A DNA stretch of 64,000 nt, taken from positions 6,846-70,845 of the forward strand of contig JADZFD010000078.1 in assembly GCA_020850225.1 (NCBI GenBank), given 5' to 3'. The position numbers and the translations under genes are program-made. The notes below the pieces were generated by a model. It was not told the origin of the DNA. It made no database searches and saw only the letters and a list, made by a program, of their open reading frames with translations. This DNA is from Saprospiraceae bacterium (GTDB lineage Bacteria > Bacteroidota > Bacteroidia > Chitinophagales > Saprospiraceae). This document shows, piece by piece, positions 19,047-28,264 of this stretch (its first letter is position 1; each line of letters opens with the position of its first letter).

Positions 19047-21167
19047 TTGGCAAATCAACGCAACATACTGGAACTGCCCGTAGAGTATATCAAAGGCATA
19101 GGACCTGCGAAAGGAGAAACCATTCGCAAGGAATTGAACATCCATACTGTTGAGGACTTTTTGTATAGTTTCCCTTTCAGGTATATAGACAGGACTACAT
19201 ATCAGGTAATCAGTGATGTCAGGGAAGACGGAGATTTAGTCCAACTCAAGGGCAGATTGATTAACTTTGAAAAAATCAAGGGTAAAAACAACCGGTACCG
19301 GCATCAGGGAAAGTTTATGGATGCATCAGGCTCGTTGGATCTGGTATGGTTTCAGAGTGGTATCTGGTTGGAGAAGATTTTGCAACCTGGAGAAGAGTAC
19401 ATCATTTTTGGTAAAATTTCCATTTTTAGTGGTAAAAAATCAATGATTCACCCCGAAATGGAATTAGTCAAGGATGCCAATACAAATTTGGCACCGACAT
19501 TCAGTCCAGTATATTCCAGCACTGAAAAACTGAATGCCAAAGGTCTTGACCAGAAAGCCCGACGAAAAATCATCCGGCAAATACTGGATACACTAACATC
19601 TGATGATATTCCCGAAACTTTGCCGGATTATATGTTGGCAAAACTCAACCTATGCAGTCGGCGTGAAGCGTTGCTGTGGATACATTTTCCTGAGAATGAG
19701 ACTCAGAAAAATGCTGCTACCAACCGCATAAAATACGAAGAATTCTTTTATGTTCAGATACGGCTTTTACACGGTAAAATCCAACGGAAACAAAAATTTA
19801 TAAGTATTCCTTTTTCAACCATAGGTACAAACTTCAATACATTCTATAAAGAGAAGATGAAGTTCGAACTCACAGGTGCACAAAAACGTGTGATCAAAGA
19901 GATACGTGCTGATGTATCCAAAACTACTCAAATGAATCGTTTATTGCAGGGAGATGTCGGTAGCGGAAAAACGATAGTTGCGCTGCTATCCATGCTGATG
20001 GCAATAGATAACGGTCTCCAGTGCTGTATGATGGCACCGACGGAGATACTTGCCCAGCAACATTACGACTCCATACTATCTACTTTGGACGATATGGATA
20101 TAAATGTGGCGTTTCTGACAGGTAGTATCAAAGGGAAAAAAAGGGAAAAAATACTGCAGGATCTGGCTGATGGTAGTATACATATCATAATCGGCACACA
20201 TGCTTTGATAGAGGAAACTGTAATTTTTAAAAAGTTAGGATTGGCAATCGTGGATGAGCAACACCGGTTCGGAGTAGCTCAGCGAGCGAGTCTGTGGTAT
20301 AAAAATGATAGTTTCGCACCTCATATTCTCGTCATGACAGCCACGCCTATTCCGCGTACACTGGCGATGACACTGTACGGAGATCTTGACGTGTCGGTAA
20401 TTGACGAATTGCCTCCGGGTCGAAAAGATATCCAAACACTGCATAAATATGAGTCAGCAAGGCCACAAGTGATAGAATTTATGCATAAGGAAATCGCCAA
20501 AGGCCGTCAAATATACATCGTATATCCACTCATCGAAGAATCTGAAAAACTGGATCTTCAGAATCTGCAGGAAGGTTATGAGCGACTTTTACAATATTTT
20601 CCACTTCCTGAATACCAGATCAGTGTCGTACACGGACGTATGAAAGCTAAAGATAAGGATTGGGAAATGCAGCGATTTGTCAATAAAACCACACATATCA
20701 TGGTAGCGACCACCGTGATAGAAGTCGGAGTCAATGTACCCAATGCTTCCGTGATGATTATCGAAAATGCAGAACGCTTCGGTCTGTCACAACTGCATCA
20801 GCTGAGAGGACGCGTAGGACGAGGAGCGGAACAGTCATATTGTATCCTGATGAGTGACTATAAATTGACAAAAGAAAGTCGCGAACGCATTGCTACAATG
20901 GTACGTACGAATAATGGATTTGATATAGCAGAAGCCGACTTAAAGCTGCGGGGTCCCGGTGATATTCAGGGTACACAGCAAAGCGGATTAATGGACTTCA
21001 AACTACTGGAATTAAGCAAGGACAGACCCATAATGGATACTGCACGAAACATTGCTCTGAGAATTATAGAAAACGACCCCAATCTGGAGCGCGATATTCA
21101 CATAACGATACGTCAGCAGATACAGAGACTGAGAAGAAAAAACAAAGATTGGGCAAGATTCTCTTAA
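19047..21167 (+). CDS. recG: ATP-dependent DNA helicase RecG
   Basis: 706 aa. It has a wedge-domain N-terminus (LELPVEYIKGIGP...FPFRYIDRT) and the helicase motifs GDVGSGKT, DEQHRFG and QLRGRVGRG. The start appears to be TTG; there is no in-frame ATG before the conserved N-terminus. Confidence 0.9.
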   Translation: MANQRNILELPVEYIKGIGPAKGETIRKELNIHTVEDFLYSFPFRYIDRTTYQVISDVREDGDLVQLKGRLINFEKIKGKNNRYRHQGKFMDASGSLDLVWFQSGIWLEKILQPGEEYIIFGKISIFSGKKSMIHPEMELVKDANTNLAPTFSPVYSSTEKLNAKGLDQKARRKIIRQILDTLTSDDIPETLPDYMLAKLNLCSRREALLWIHFPENETQKNAATNRIKYEEFFYVQIRLLHGKIQRKQKFISIPFSTIGTNFNTFYKEKMKFELTGAQKRVIKEIRADVSKTTQMNRLLQGDVGSGKTIVALLSMLMAIDNGLQCCMMAPTEILAQQHYDSILSTLDDMDINVAFLTGSIKGKKREKILQDLADGSIHIIIGTHALIEETVIFKKLGLAIVDEQHRFGVAQRASLWYKNDSFAPHILVMTATPIPRTLAMTLYGDLDVSVIDELPPGRKDIQTLHKYESARPQVIEFMHKEIAKGRQIYIVYPLIEESEKLDLQNLQEGYERLLQYFPLPEYQISVVHGRMKAKDKDWEMQRFVNKTTHIMVATTVIEVGVNVPNASVMIIENAERFGLSQLHQLRGRVGRGAEQSYCILMSDYKLTKESRERIATMVRTNNGFDIAEADLKLRGPGDIQGTQQSGLMDFKLLELSKDRPIMDTARNIALRIIENDPNLERDIHITIRQQIQRLRRKNKDWARFS

Positions 21168-21189
21168 TTTCCGGAATTCAGTTCATCAT

Positions 21190-21912
21190 TTAAAACAGAT
21201 CAAAAAGATTGTTGACTCCGGGACAACGGTCAACATTAAATCCTTCAGCATAATCCACACCTAAATCCCTGCCATAAACCCTATCTTTACTTTTAACTGA
21301 ATCAATAAAAGACGGACCTGAAATCGGTGTCAGAGGTTCTTTAGAATCCGGATCAAAAAACTGGGATTTAAATGCCTTGATAACGGCAATTTTTCTGTCC
21401 ATATAGTCTGTAATATCCACTGCAAAGTCCACTTTCTGATGTCTGTCCTGCGTATAATGATATACAGATTTAGGACGCCAGGCAGCCAAATCCTCATCTC
21501 CATCTACTATGATTTTTCTCAGGCCTGCAAGAAAACAGGCATCACTAACCAGTTTGGCAGCCCTGCCATGATCCGGATGCCGGTCGCTTATAGCATTGCA
21601 AAGAACGATTTCCGGCTGAAATTGACGTATAACCTTGACTATGGACATGAGATTTTCTCTCGTATGTGTGAAAAAGCCATCAGCCAATCCCAGATTTACC
21701 CTTGGCACATCACCAAAATGCTTTCTTGCAGCTTCAGCCTCTTCCAGTCTTAATGCAGCGCTTCCCCTGGTACCCAATTCTCCCTGTGTCAAATCACATA
21801 GTGCGATGGAATATCCCAAATCCAAATGCCTGAACAAGGTACCGGAAGCACTCAACTCAATATCATCAGGATGGACTCCAATCGCCAGTATATCTACTTT
21901 ATTTGTCGTCAT
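21190..21912 (-). CDS. bshB1: PIG-L family deacetylase, probably bacillithiol biosynthesis deacetylase BshB1
   Basis: 240 aa with the VHPDDIELSASG metal-binding motif. The size fits BshB1. The specific function is inferred. Confidence 0.7.
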   Translation of the reverse strand: MTTNKVDILAIGVHPDDIELSASGTLFRHLDLGYSIALCDLTQGELGTRGSAALRLEEAEAARKHFGDVPRVNLGLADGFFTHTRENLMSIVKVIRQFQPEIVLCNAISDRHPDHGRAAKLVSDACFLAGLRKIIVDGDEDLAAWRPKSVYHYTQDRHQKVDFAVDITDYMDRKIAVIKAFKSQFFDPDSKEPLTPISGPSFIDSVKSKDRVYGRDLGVDYAEGFNVDRCPGVNNLFDLF

Positions 21913-21961
21913 TCAGTTGTCAATTTCTAATTTTAAAACATATTCAATACCTTATCATAAT

Positions 21962-21969
21962 CAAAATTA
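21962..21969 (-). promoter_or_regulatory. -7 box TAATTTTG (minus strand)
   Basis: Plus strand reads CAAAATTA, with 49 nt to the ATG at 21912. Confidence 0.35.
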
Positions 21970-22155
21970 CTATGAAAATGTTTAATTATGTTGTATTCAG
22001 TAAAGTAATATATTCAACAGATTCTGAATAGTATATCTACCATTTTACGTTATGTAATTGTATAAAGCTTTCAGAGAAATTAAAAAAATGACTGATATTT
22101 ATGTTTTTGATTGAATTTTACCCGTACCTTGTGTACTTGTAATAATCAGTAGAAA

Positions 22156-22731
22156 ATGAGCATTATTAACTGGGATATACATCTATTTGAAATGATCAAT
22201 ACAGGAATGTCATCCAATATACTGGATATGATACTTCCTTGGATGCGGGCTCCGCTATTCTGGATTCCGTTGTATGTTTTTTTAATAGCTTTTGTATTAT
22301 TTAATTTTGGCAAAAAGGGATTCTGGCTCATACTCTTCATCACCATGACTGTAAGTACATCAGATATAGTAAGTTCGAGATTAATAAAAAAATCAGTAGA
22401 AAGATTACGTCCTTGCAATGATACCAGCATAAACGTAGTCAAGCGCGTACGATGTGGTGGTGGTTACAGTTTCACATCTTCGCACGCTACCAATCATTTT
22501 GCTGTAGCTTCATTCCTCTTTTCAACCCTGGGTCTTCATTTCAGAAGGTATCGCTTCTGGCTTTGGATTTGGGCAGCGATTATATCGTTTGCACAGGTGT
22601 ATGTCGGTGTACATTTTCCTTTGGATATATTGGCAGGTGCAATTATCGGTACACTAATCGGGCAATTCTGGGTATTCATTTTCAATAAATATCATAGGCA
22701 TACGCTGAATATAAATCTTATAACGGCATGA
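22156..22731 (+). CDS. PAP2 superfamily (phosphatidic acid phosphatase type 2) membrane phosphatase
   Basis: 191 aa with the KxxxxxxRP, SFTSSH and VGVHFPLD PAP2 motifs and several TM segments. Confidence 0.8.
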   Translation: MSIINWDIHLFEMINTGMSSNILDMILPWMRAPLFWIPLYVFLIAFVLFNFGKKGFWLILFITMTVSTSDIVSSRLIKKSVERLRPCNDTSINVVKRVRCGGGYSFTSSHATNHFAVASFLFSTLGLHFRRYRFWLWIWAAIISFAQVYVGVHFPLDILAGAIIGTLIGQFWVFIFNKYHRHTLNINLITA

Positions 22732-23216
22732 CAAAATCCGAAATATATAAAATCCTGTCTGAGGTAGCTGATCCTGAAATACCTGTAATTTCCATAGAAG
22801 AACTGGGTATATTAAGAGATGTGAAAATCGATGATAATAATCAATCTATAAGCGTCTTCATCACTCCTACCTATAATGGCTGCCCCGCAATGGATATGAT
22901 CTCCTTCAATATCCGTACAGCACTGACAGATGCCGGAATTACAGATTTTGAAATCATATCACTTATTGAACCGGCATGGACAACCGATTGGATTTCGGAT
23001 GCGGGAAGACAGAAATTACTGGACTACGGCATCGCACCGCCGGCAGAAAGCAGTACTGACACCGCTTTTCTTAAAGGCAAATCACCTGTAGTCGCCTGTC
23101 CGCAATGTGGTTCAGTCGATACCGAAATGGTCAGTAGATTCGGTTCTACACCGTGTAAGGCTTTATACAGATGCCTGAGTTGTCAGGAACCTTTTGACTA
23201 TTTCAAATGTCATTAG
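22728..23216 (+). CDS. paaD: PaaD-like protein (1,2-phenylacetyl-CoA epoxidase subunit D family, DUF59 plus C-terminal Cys cluster)
   Basis: 162 aa with DPEIPVISIEELGILRDV and CPQCGS...CLSCQEPFDYFKCH. It overlaps the PAP2 stop by ATGA. Confidence 0.7.
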   Translation: MTKSEIYKILSEVADPEIPVISIEELGILRDVKIDDNNQSISVFITPTYNGCPAMDMISFNIRTALTDAGITDFEIISLIEPAWTTDWISDAGRQKLLDYGIAPPAESSTDTAFLKGKSPVVACPQCGSVDTEMVSRFGSTPCKALYRCLSCQEPFDYFKCH

Positions 23217-23259
23217 TAATATTATCAGATTATAAGTTACAGTACCTATTTTCAATACA

Positions 23260-23267
23260 TATATTTG
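23260..23267 (+). promoter_or_regulatory. -7 box TATATTTG
   Basis: 53 nt upstream of the ATG at 23321. Confidence 0.35.
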
Positions 23268-23320
23268 CACTTACCCGTGCATTTTAAATGAAACTTTAAA
23301 TTAAAAAATATTCTTAAAAC

Positions 23321-24097
23321 ATGTCTTACATAACCACATCCATATCAGATAAAGTAGCCACAATAACTTTTTCTCGTGCAGATAAACTCAATAGTTTTAT
23401 CAGAGAAATGGCATTTGAACTGCAATCAGCACTTGACCAGCTTGCCGTTAATGAAGCCGTTCGCTGTATAGTCATAACCGGAGAAGGAAGAGCTTTTTGT
23501 GCTGGTCAGGATCTCATAGAAGCTACCGATCCGGATGGTCCTTCATTATCAAGTATTGTAAGCGAGCACTATAATCCTGTAATCATACGCATCCGCAATA
23601 TACCAAAGCCCGTAATAGCTGCTGTCAATGGAGTTGCTGCCGGTGCAGGAGCTAATATTGCACTTGCCTGCGATATAGTAGTAGCCTCAGAATCAGCATC
23701 ATTTATCCAGATATTCAGCAAGATAGGACTTATTCCGGATAGTGGCGGCACCTATATGCTGCCACGTCTTATTGGAATGCAACGTGCTACTGCATTGATG
23801 ATGCTCGGAGATAAAGTCAATGCTATAAAAGCCAGGGAAATGGGTATGATATACGAAGTATATAAAGATGAATCATTCTCAGAGGAAGTTAGAAAACTTG
23901 CTCTTCAACTTGCAGAAATGCCTACCTATGGACTTGCTTTGACAAAACAGGCATTGAATCAATCTTACATGAACAATCTTGTACAACAATTGTCTCTGGA
24001 AGATGAATTGCAAACACTTGCAGGTAATAGTGCTGACTATAAAGAGGGAACTTCTGCTTTTTTAGAAAAGAGAAAACCCTTGTTTAAAGGCAGATAA
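23321..24097 (+). CDS. enoyl-CoA hydratase/isomerase family protein (PaaG-like)
   Basis: 258 aa with the crotonase fold motifs ITGEGRAFCAGQDL and AAVNGVAAGAGANIALACD. Confidence 0.85.
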   Translation: MSYITTSISDKVATITFSRADKLNSFIREMAFELQSALDQLAVNEAVRCIVITGEGRAFCAGQDLIEATDPDGPSLSSIVSEHYNPVIIRIRNIPKPVIAAVNGVAAGAGANIALACDIVVASESASFIQIFSKIGLIPDSGGTYMLPRLIGMQRATALMMLGDKVNAIKAREMGMIYEVYKDESFSEEVRKLALQLAEMPTYGLALTKQALNQSYMNNLVQQLSLEDELQTLAGNSADYKEGTSAFLEKRKPLFKGR

Positions 24098-24179
24098 AGT
24101 GTTGAATAAAGTGATCAATAAAGTATTGCCAATTATCTATTTTTTTAATAATTATTTTTATAAATTTAATTAATCCTGA

Positions 24180-25067
24180 ATGTTCATAAAAAAGCTAAGC
24201 AACATAACAAGGCAAATGAGCACATATCTGCTACCCAAAAAAGGATTTTATTTTTTGGGAATGATATTAGTCCGAATCATCAGATATTTTCGTAAAATCA
24301 CAAACCGCAACTTACTTGAACGGGATTATCAAACAGTAACAGTATATCCGGGATCAAAAATGCGAGTGGACAGACTTTCCTATATGGGTGGTAGTTTGTA
24401 TTGGACAGGATTTCATCATATTAATGAGATTTTGTTTTTAAAATCTTTTCTCAGACAAGATATGGTATTCATTGATGTAGGTGCAAATCAGGGAGAATTT
24501 TCCATATTTGCAGCTAAACTTCTTTCACAAGGAAAAGTAATCGCCTTTGAACCGGTATCTTATTCACGAAATTTATTAGAAAAAAATAAACATATCAACC
24601 AGTTCCATAACCTGGAAATCATACCATGCGGGCTGGGAAACCAGGAAACCAGATTGCCTATATTCACAACTTCCTATGACCCAGCCTATGCAGGCAGGAA
24701 TGATGGTCTTTCATCTGTATATAAAACAGAATACAGAAATTGTTTTGAAGAAATAATTGACATAACGGTATTTGACACGCATTTTTTAACTTCAATGACC
24801 CGGATGGATTTTGTAAAAATCGATATCGAAGGTGGTGAATTGTACGCACTTCAGGGTATGAAACAGTCTCTTCTTAAATTCAAGCCGTGGATATTGATAG
24901 AAGTAGGTAATGATACGATTGAGGCAGCAGGTTATACTATAGACGATCTTATTCATTTTTTTAATGACATAGATTATAGTTTTTATGCGATAAAAAGAGG
25001 TGTTTTGCAAAATAGCAAAATCACAAAATTTGATTATTGGGGAAATTATATAGTCAGACCAAATTAG
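24180..25067 (+). CDS. FkbM family methyltransferase
   Basis: 295 aa with the SAM-binding motif IDVGANQGEFS and KIDIEGGE. Confidence 0.8.
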   Translation: MFIKKLSNITRQMSTYLLPKKGFYFLGMILVRIIRYFRKITNRNLLERDYQTVTVYPGSKMRVDRLSYMGGSLYWTGFHHINEILFLKSFLRQDMVFIDVGANQGEFSIFAAKLLSQGKVIAFEPVSYSRNLLEKNKHINQFHNLEIIPCGLGNQETRLPIFTTSYDPAYAGRNDGLSSVYKTEYRNCFEEIIDITVFDTHFLTSMTRMDFVKIDIEGGELYALQGMKQSLLKFKPWILIEVGNDTIEAAGYTIDDLIHFFNDIDYSFYAIKRGVLQNSKITKFDYWGNYIVRPN

Positions 25068-25072
25068 CATTC

Positions 25073-26137
25073 ATGTCTTCAGCCATCTTATATAACTATC
25101 AAAAATGGACATCCTTTATCGAAGGAGATGTGGTTATTTTGGAAAGTGAATATCCGGTAATCCTCAGCGATTTTGATCCAAAGTCTAAACTTCAACATAT
25201 CACCTGTTTTTTCAAACAAGTATATACACTACTGAAAAACTGGAAGCAATATCAGGTTATTATAACTCAAATATCAGGCTATCATGCCTTTATTCCTTCA
25301 TTGCTGAGTTTAATGAAATTAAAAAAACATATCATACTCCTGCATGGCACTGATTGTAATATTATCTATAAAATCAACTACGGTAATCTCGGAAAACCAA
25401 TGCTTGGATGGTTTACAAAAAAATCCATGCAATGGGCATCTCTATTGTTACCTGTAAGTAATTCACTGGTTCATAATACATCAACCTATCTTGACGAAGA
25501 TGAATGTTCATTAGGACTTAGTAAAAACATCCCAAACCTGACTACACCCATCGTGATTCTGGCCAATGGCATAAGGACAGAACAATTTGTTATCACCCAA
25601 ACAGAAAGACCGCCCAAGAGCTTCCTTACCGTTGCTTTGCATTTGGAAAAAGAACGAAATTTTATACTCAAAGGAATCGACTTGATAATAGATCTGGCAA
25701 AATTAAACCCGGATTATACATTTACAATTCTCGGTTCAGGCACCTTATATAATTATAATAACACATTGCCCAACGTGCACATTATTAACAAAGTGCCGCA
25801 TAATGATTTGCCTGATTATTACAACCGGCACAGATACTATCTTCAGTTATCCATGTCAGAAAGTTTTGGCCTTGCACTCTGTGAAAGTATGCTTTGCGGA
25901 TGTATACCCATCGTTAGCGATACGGGTATCATGCCAGAGATTGTTCAAGATTATGGGTATATTTTGAAAAAAAAGGATGTAGCAACTTTAAATTCTATGA
26001 TTATAAAAGCTATAGAACAACCTCAATCAGCTGTTCCTGATATGATGAAAAAAATGCATGATTCAGTCAGTGAAAGATTTGATATGCGGTTACGCAAAAC
26101 AAATTTATTAAACATTGTGCAAAAAATAATGAATTGA
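25073..26137 (+). CDS. glycosyltransferase (GT4-like, GT-B fold)
   Basis: The start is taken at MSSAILYNY (25073), just after the FkbM stop. The C-terminal motif is SESFGLALCESMLCGCIPIVSDTGIMPEIV. Confidence 0.75.
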   Translation: MSSAILYNYQKWTSFIEGDVVILESEYPVILSDFDPKSKLQHITCFFKQVYTLLKNWKQYQVIITQISGYHAFIPSLLSLMKLKKHIILLHGTDCNIIYKINYGNLGKPMLGWFTKKSMQWASLLLPVSNSLVHNTSTYLDEDECSLGLSKNIPNLTTPIVILANGIRTEQFVITQTERPPKSFLTVALHLEKERNFILKGIDLIIDLAKLNPDYTFTILGSGTLYNYNNTLPNVHIINKVPHNDLPDYYNRHRYYLQLSMSESFGLALCESMLCGCIPIVSDTGIMPEIVQDYGYILKKKDVATLNSMIIKAIEQPQSAVPDMMKKMHDSVSERFDMRLRKTNLLNIVQKIMN

Positions 26138-26709
26138 AAAAGATCGTCCTTATAGACAATTACGATTCCTTCACCTATAATCTGGTTCACCTCATCCGGG
26201 AAGTTACCGATAATCCGGTTACAGTCTTAAAAAATGATGCATTTGTACTTTCAGATTTAGAACCATATGATTATATAGTCCTGTCACCCGGTCCCGGATT
26301 ACCTGATGAAGCCGGGCTACTCAAAGAAGTAATCCGCCACTTTTACACTAGTAAAAAAATCCTGGGTGTTTGTCTGGGTTTGCAGGCTATAGGAGAAGTA
26401 TTTGGTGCTACCTTAAAAAACCTGTCCCAAGTTTTCCATGGTATGAAAACCAATGTTCATTGTACATCATCCTTTGATCCTATATTTGATGGTATCGGTA
26501 ATGCATTTGAAGCAGGAAGATATCACTCCTGGGTTATCGACCGGACAACTTTGCCTGATGACTTGGTTATCACAGCTATAGATACTGAAAATGAGATTAT
26601 GGCCATCAGGCATAGCACATATCCCGTATTCGGTGTACAGTTTCACCCGGAATCGTACATGACATCAAAAGGAAAAAGAATGATTGAAAACTTTCTTTCG
26701 ATAGAGTAA
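26134..26709 (+). CDS. anthranilate/aminodeoxychorismate synthase component II (glutamine amidotransferase)
   Basis: 191 aa with IDNYDSFTYNL, the nucleophile context GVCLGLQ, and FGVQFHPES. It has a TTG start that overlaps the upstream stop (TTGA). Confidence 0.85.
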   Translation: MKKIVLIDNYDSFTYNLVHLIREVTDNPVTVLKNDAFVLSDLEPYDYIVLSPGPGLPDEAGLLKEVIRHFYTSKKILGVCLGLQAIGEVFGATLKNLSQVFHGMKTNVHCTSSFDPIFDGIGNAFEAGRYHSWVIDRTTLPDDLVITAIDTENEIMAIRHSTYPVFGVQFHPESYMTSKGKRMIENFLSIE

Positions 26710-26907
26710 ACATTAACATTTCTCCATTGAAATTTACTTACCGACTATTCAACATTTAAGACAATACTATCTTAAAACATGACAAAAACATGATAAAAAT
26801 CTATCATCTTTTTGGATATAATTTATGTTATATATACGGAATGTATTAGTGAAGGTTATTAACCGGAAACAGGACATTTCAAATATTTAACAAGTAAAAC
26901 ATAAAGT

Positions 26908-28245
26908 ATGAAAAAGCGGATTGTAGTAATTGGAGGCGGATTTGCAGGATATAATTTTATTAAGAATCTGAATCATCCGGATTATCATATTGTGTTGGTA
27001 GACAGAAATAACTATCTCTTTTTTCCTCCATTGTTATATCAGGTAGCTACAGGTTTTTTAGAACCTTCCAATATCAGTTATCCTTACAGGAAAATGATAA
27101 GAAATAGGCGTAATATCAGTTTCAAAATGGGTGAATTGATACGGATAGAACCTGACAAAAAACGTATTTTACTTACTACGGGTGAACTCGATTATGATTA
27201 TCTTGTTTTGGCTACAGGTACAGAGTCCAATTATTTTGGAATGGCGAATGTTAAAAATAATGCCATTCCGATGAAAACGATTAATGATGCAATCGAAATG
27301 CGCAACTATCTCCTCAATCAGATGGAGCGTGCTACAACAATGCTTGACAACCCCGGTCAACTACGCAAGATACTGAATATCGTTGTAGTAGGTGGCGGTC
27401 CGACAGGTGTTGAAATTTCAGGAATGCTTGCAGAAATGGTTGCATCTGTTTTTTATAAGGACTATCCCGAAATTAAAAATACGGGTGTTCCGATACAAAT
27501 ATTTCTCATTGATGGTCAATCTCAGCTACTGTCACCGATGAGCCGGGCATCACAGGTCAATACATACCGGGATCTTAAAAATTTAGGTGTTAATATTATT
27601 TTGGGCTGTTCTGTCAAGGACTATACAGATAATCAGGTAGAATTGACAGATGGGACATACATCGAAACAGAAAACCTGATATGGGCTGCGGGAATCACCG
27701 GATCTTTTTTTGAAGGCATACCCAAAGAGTTTTATGGTCGCGGAAAAAGGTTGATAGTTGATGCATACAATCAAATCATAGGTTTATCTGACATATATGC
27801 CATAGGCGACAATTGCATCCAAACTACTGATAAATCATTTGAAAATGGTCATCCTCAGGTAGCTCAGGTTGCACTGCAACAGGGAAAAAATCTCGCTTAT
27901 AATTTTATCAACGTGATAAAAGCCAAAGCTTTACATCCATTTACCTATAAAGACAAAGGATCAATGGCTGTAATAGGGCGCAATAAGGCCGTTGCAGACT
28001 TACCACCAAAATTACATTTCAGAGGTTTTATTGCTTATTTTATATGGGGATTTATACACCTGATATCATTGGTACATTACCGAAACAGGTTTACAACTTT
28101 CTACAACTGGGTAGTGGCGTATTTTACTAAAGATCAGGCATTGCGGATGATCATCCGACCTGAAACTAAATATAATGCAACAGATTCAAAAATCGATAAA
28201 AAAAAGATAAAAAGCGATGTAAACCCTGAATGTACAACTTTATAA
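26908..28245 (+). CDS. ndh: type II NADH dehydrogenase (NDH-2), FAD-dependent pyridine nucleotide-disulfide oxidoreductase
   Basis: 445 aa with two dinucleotide folds, VVIGGGFAG and VVVGGGPTGVE, plus AIGDN. Confidence 0.85.
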   Translation: MKKRIVVIGGGFAGYNFIKNLNHPDYHIVLVDRNNYLFFPPLLYQVATGFLEPSNISYPYRKMIRNRRNISFKMGELIRIEPDKKRILLTTGELDYDYLVLATGTESNYFGMANVKNNAIPMKTINDAIEMRNYLLNQMERATTMLDNPGQLRKILNIVVVGGGPTGVEISGMLAEMVASVFYKDYPEIKNTGVPIQIFLIDGQSQLLSPMSRASQVNTYRDLKNLGVNIILGCSVKDYTDNQVELTDGTYIETENLIWAAGITGSFFEGIPKEFYGRGKRLIVDAYNQIIGLSDIYAIGDNCIQTTDKSFENGHPQVAQVALQQGKNLAYNFINVIKAKALHPFTYKDKGSMAVIGRNKAVADLPPKLHFRGFIAYFIWGFIHLISLVHYRNRFTTFYNWVVAYFTKDQALRMIIRPETKYNATDSKIDKKKIKSDVNPECTTL

Positions 28246-28264
28246 AACAATACAGAGACACTTC

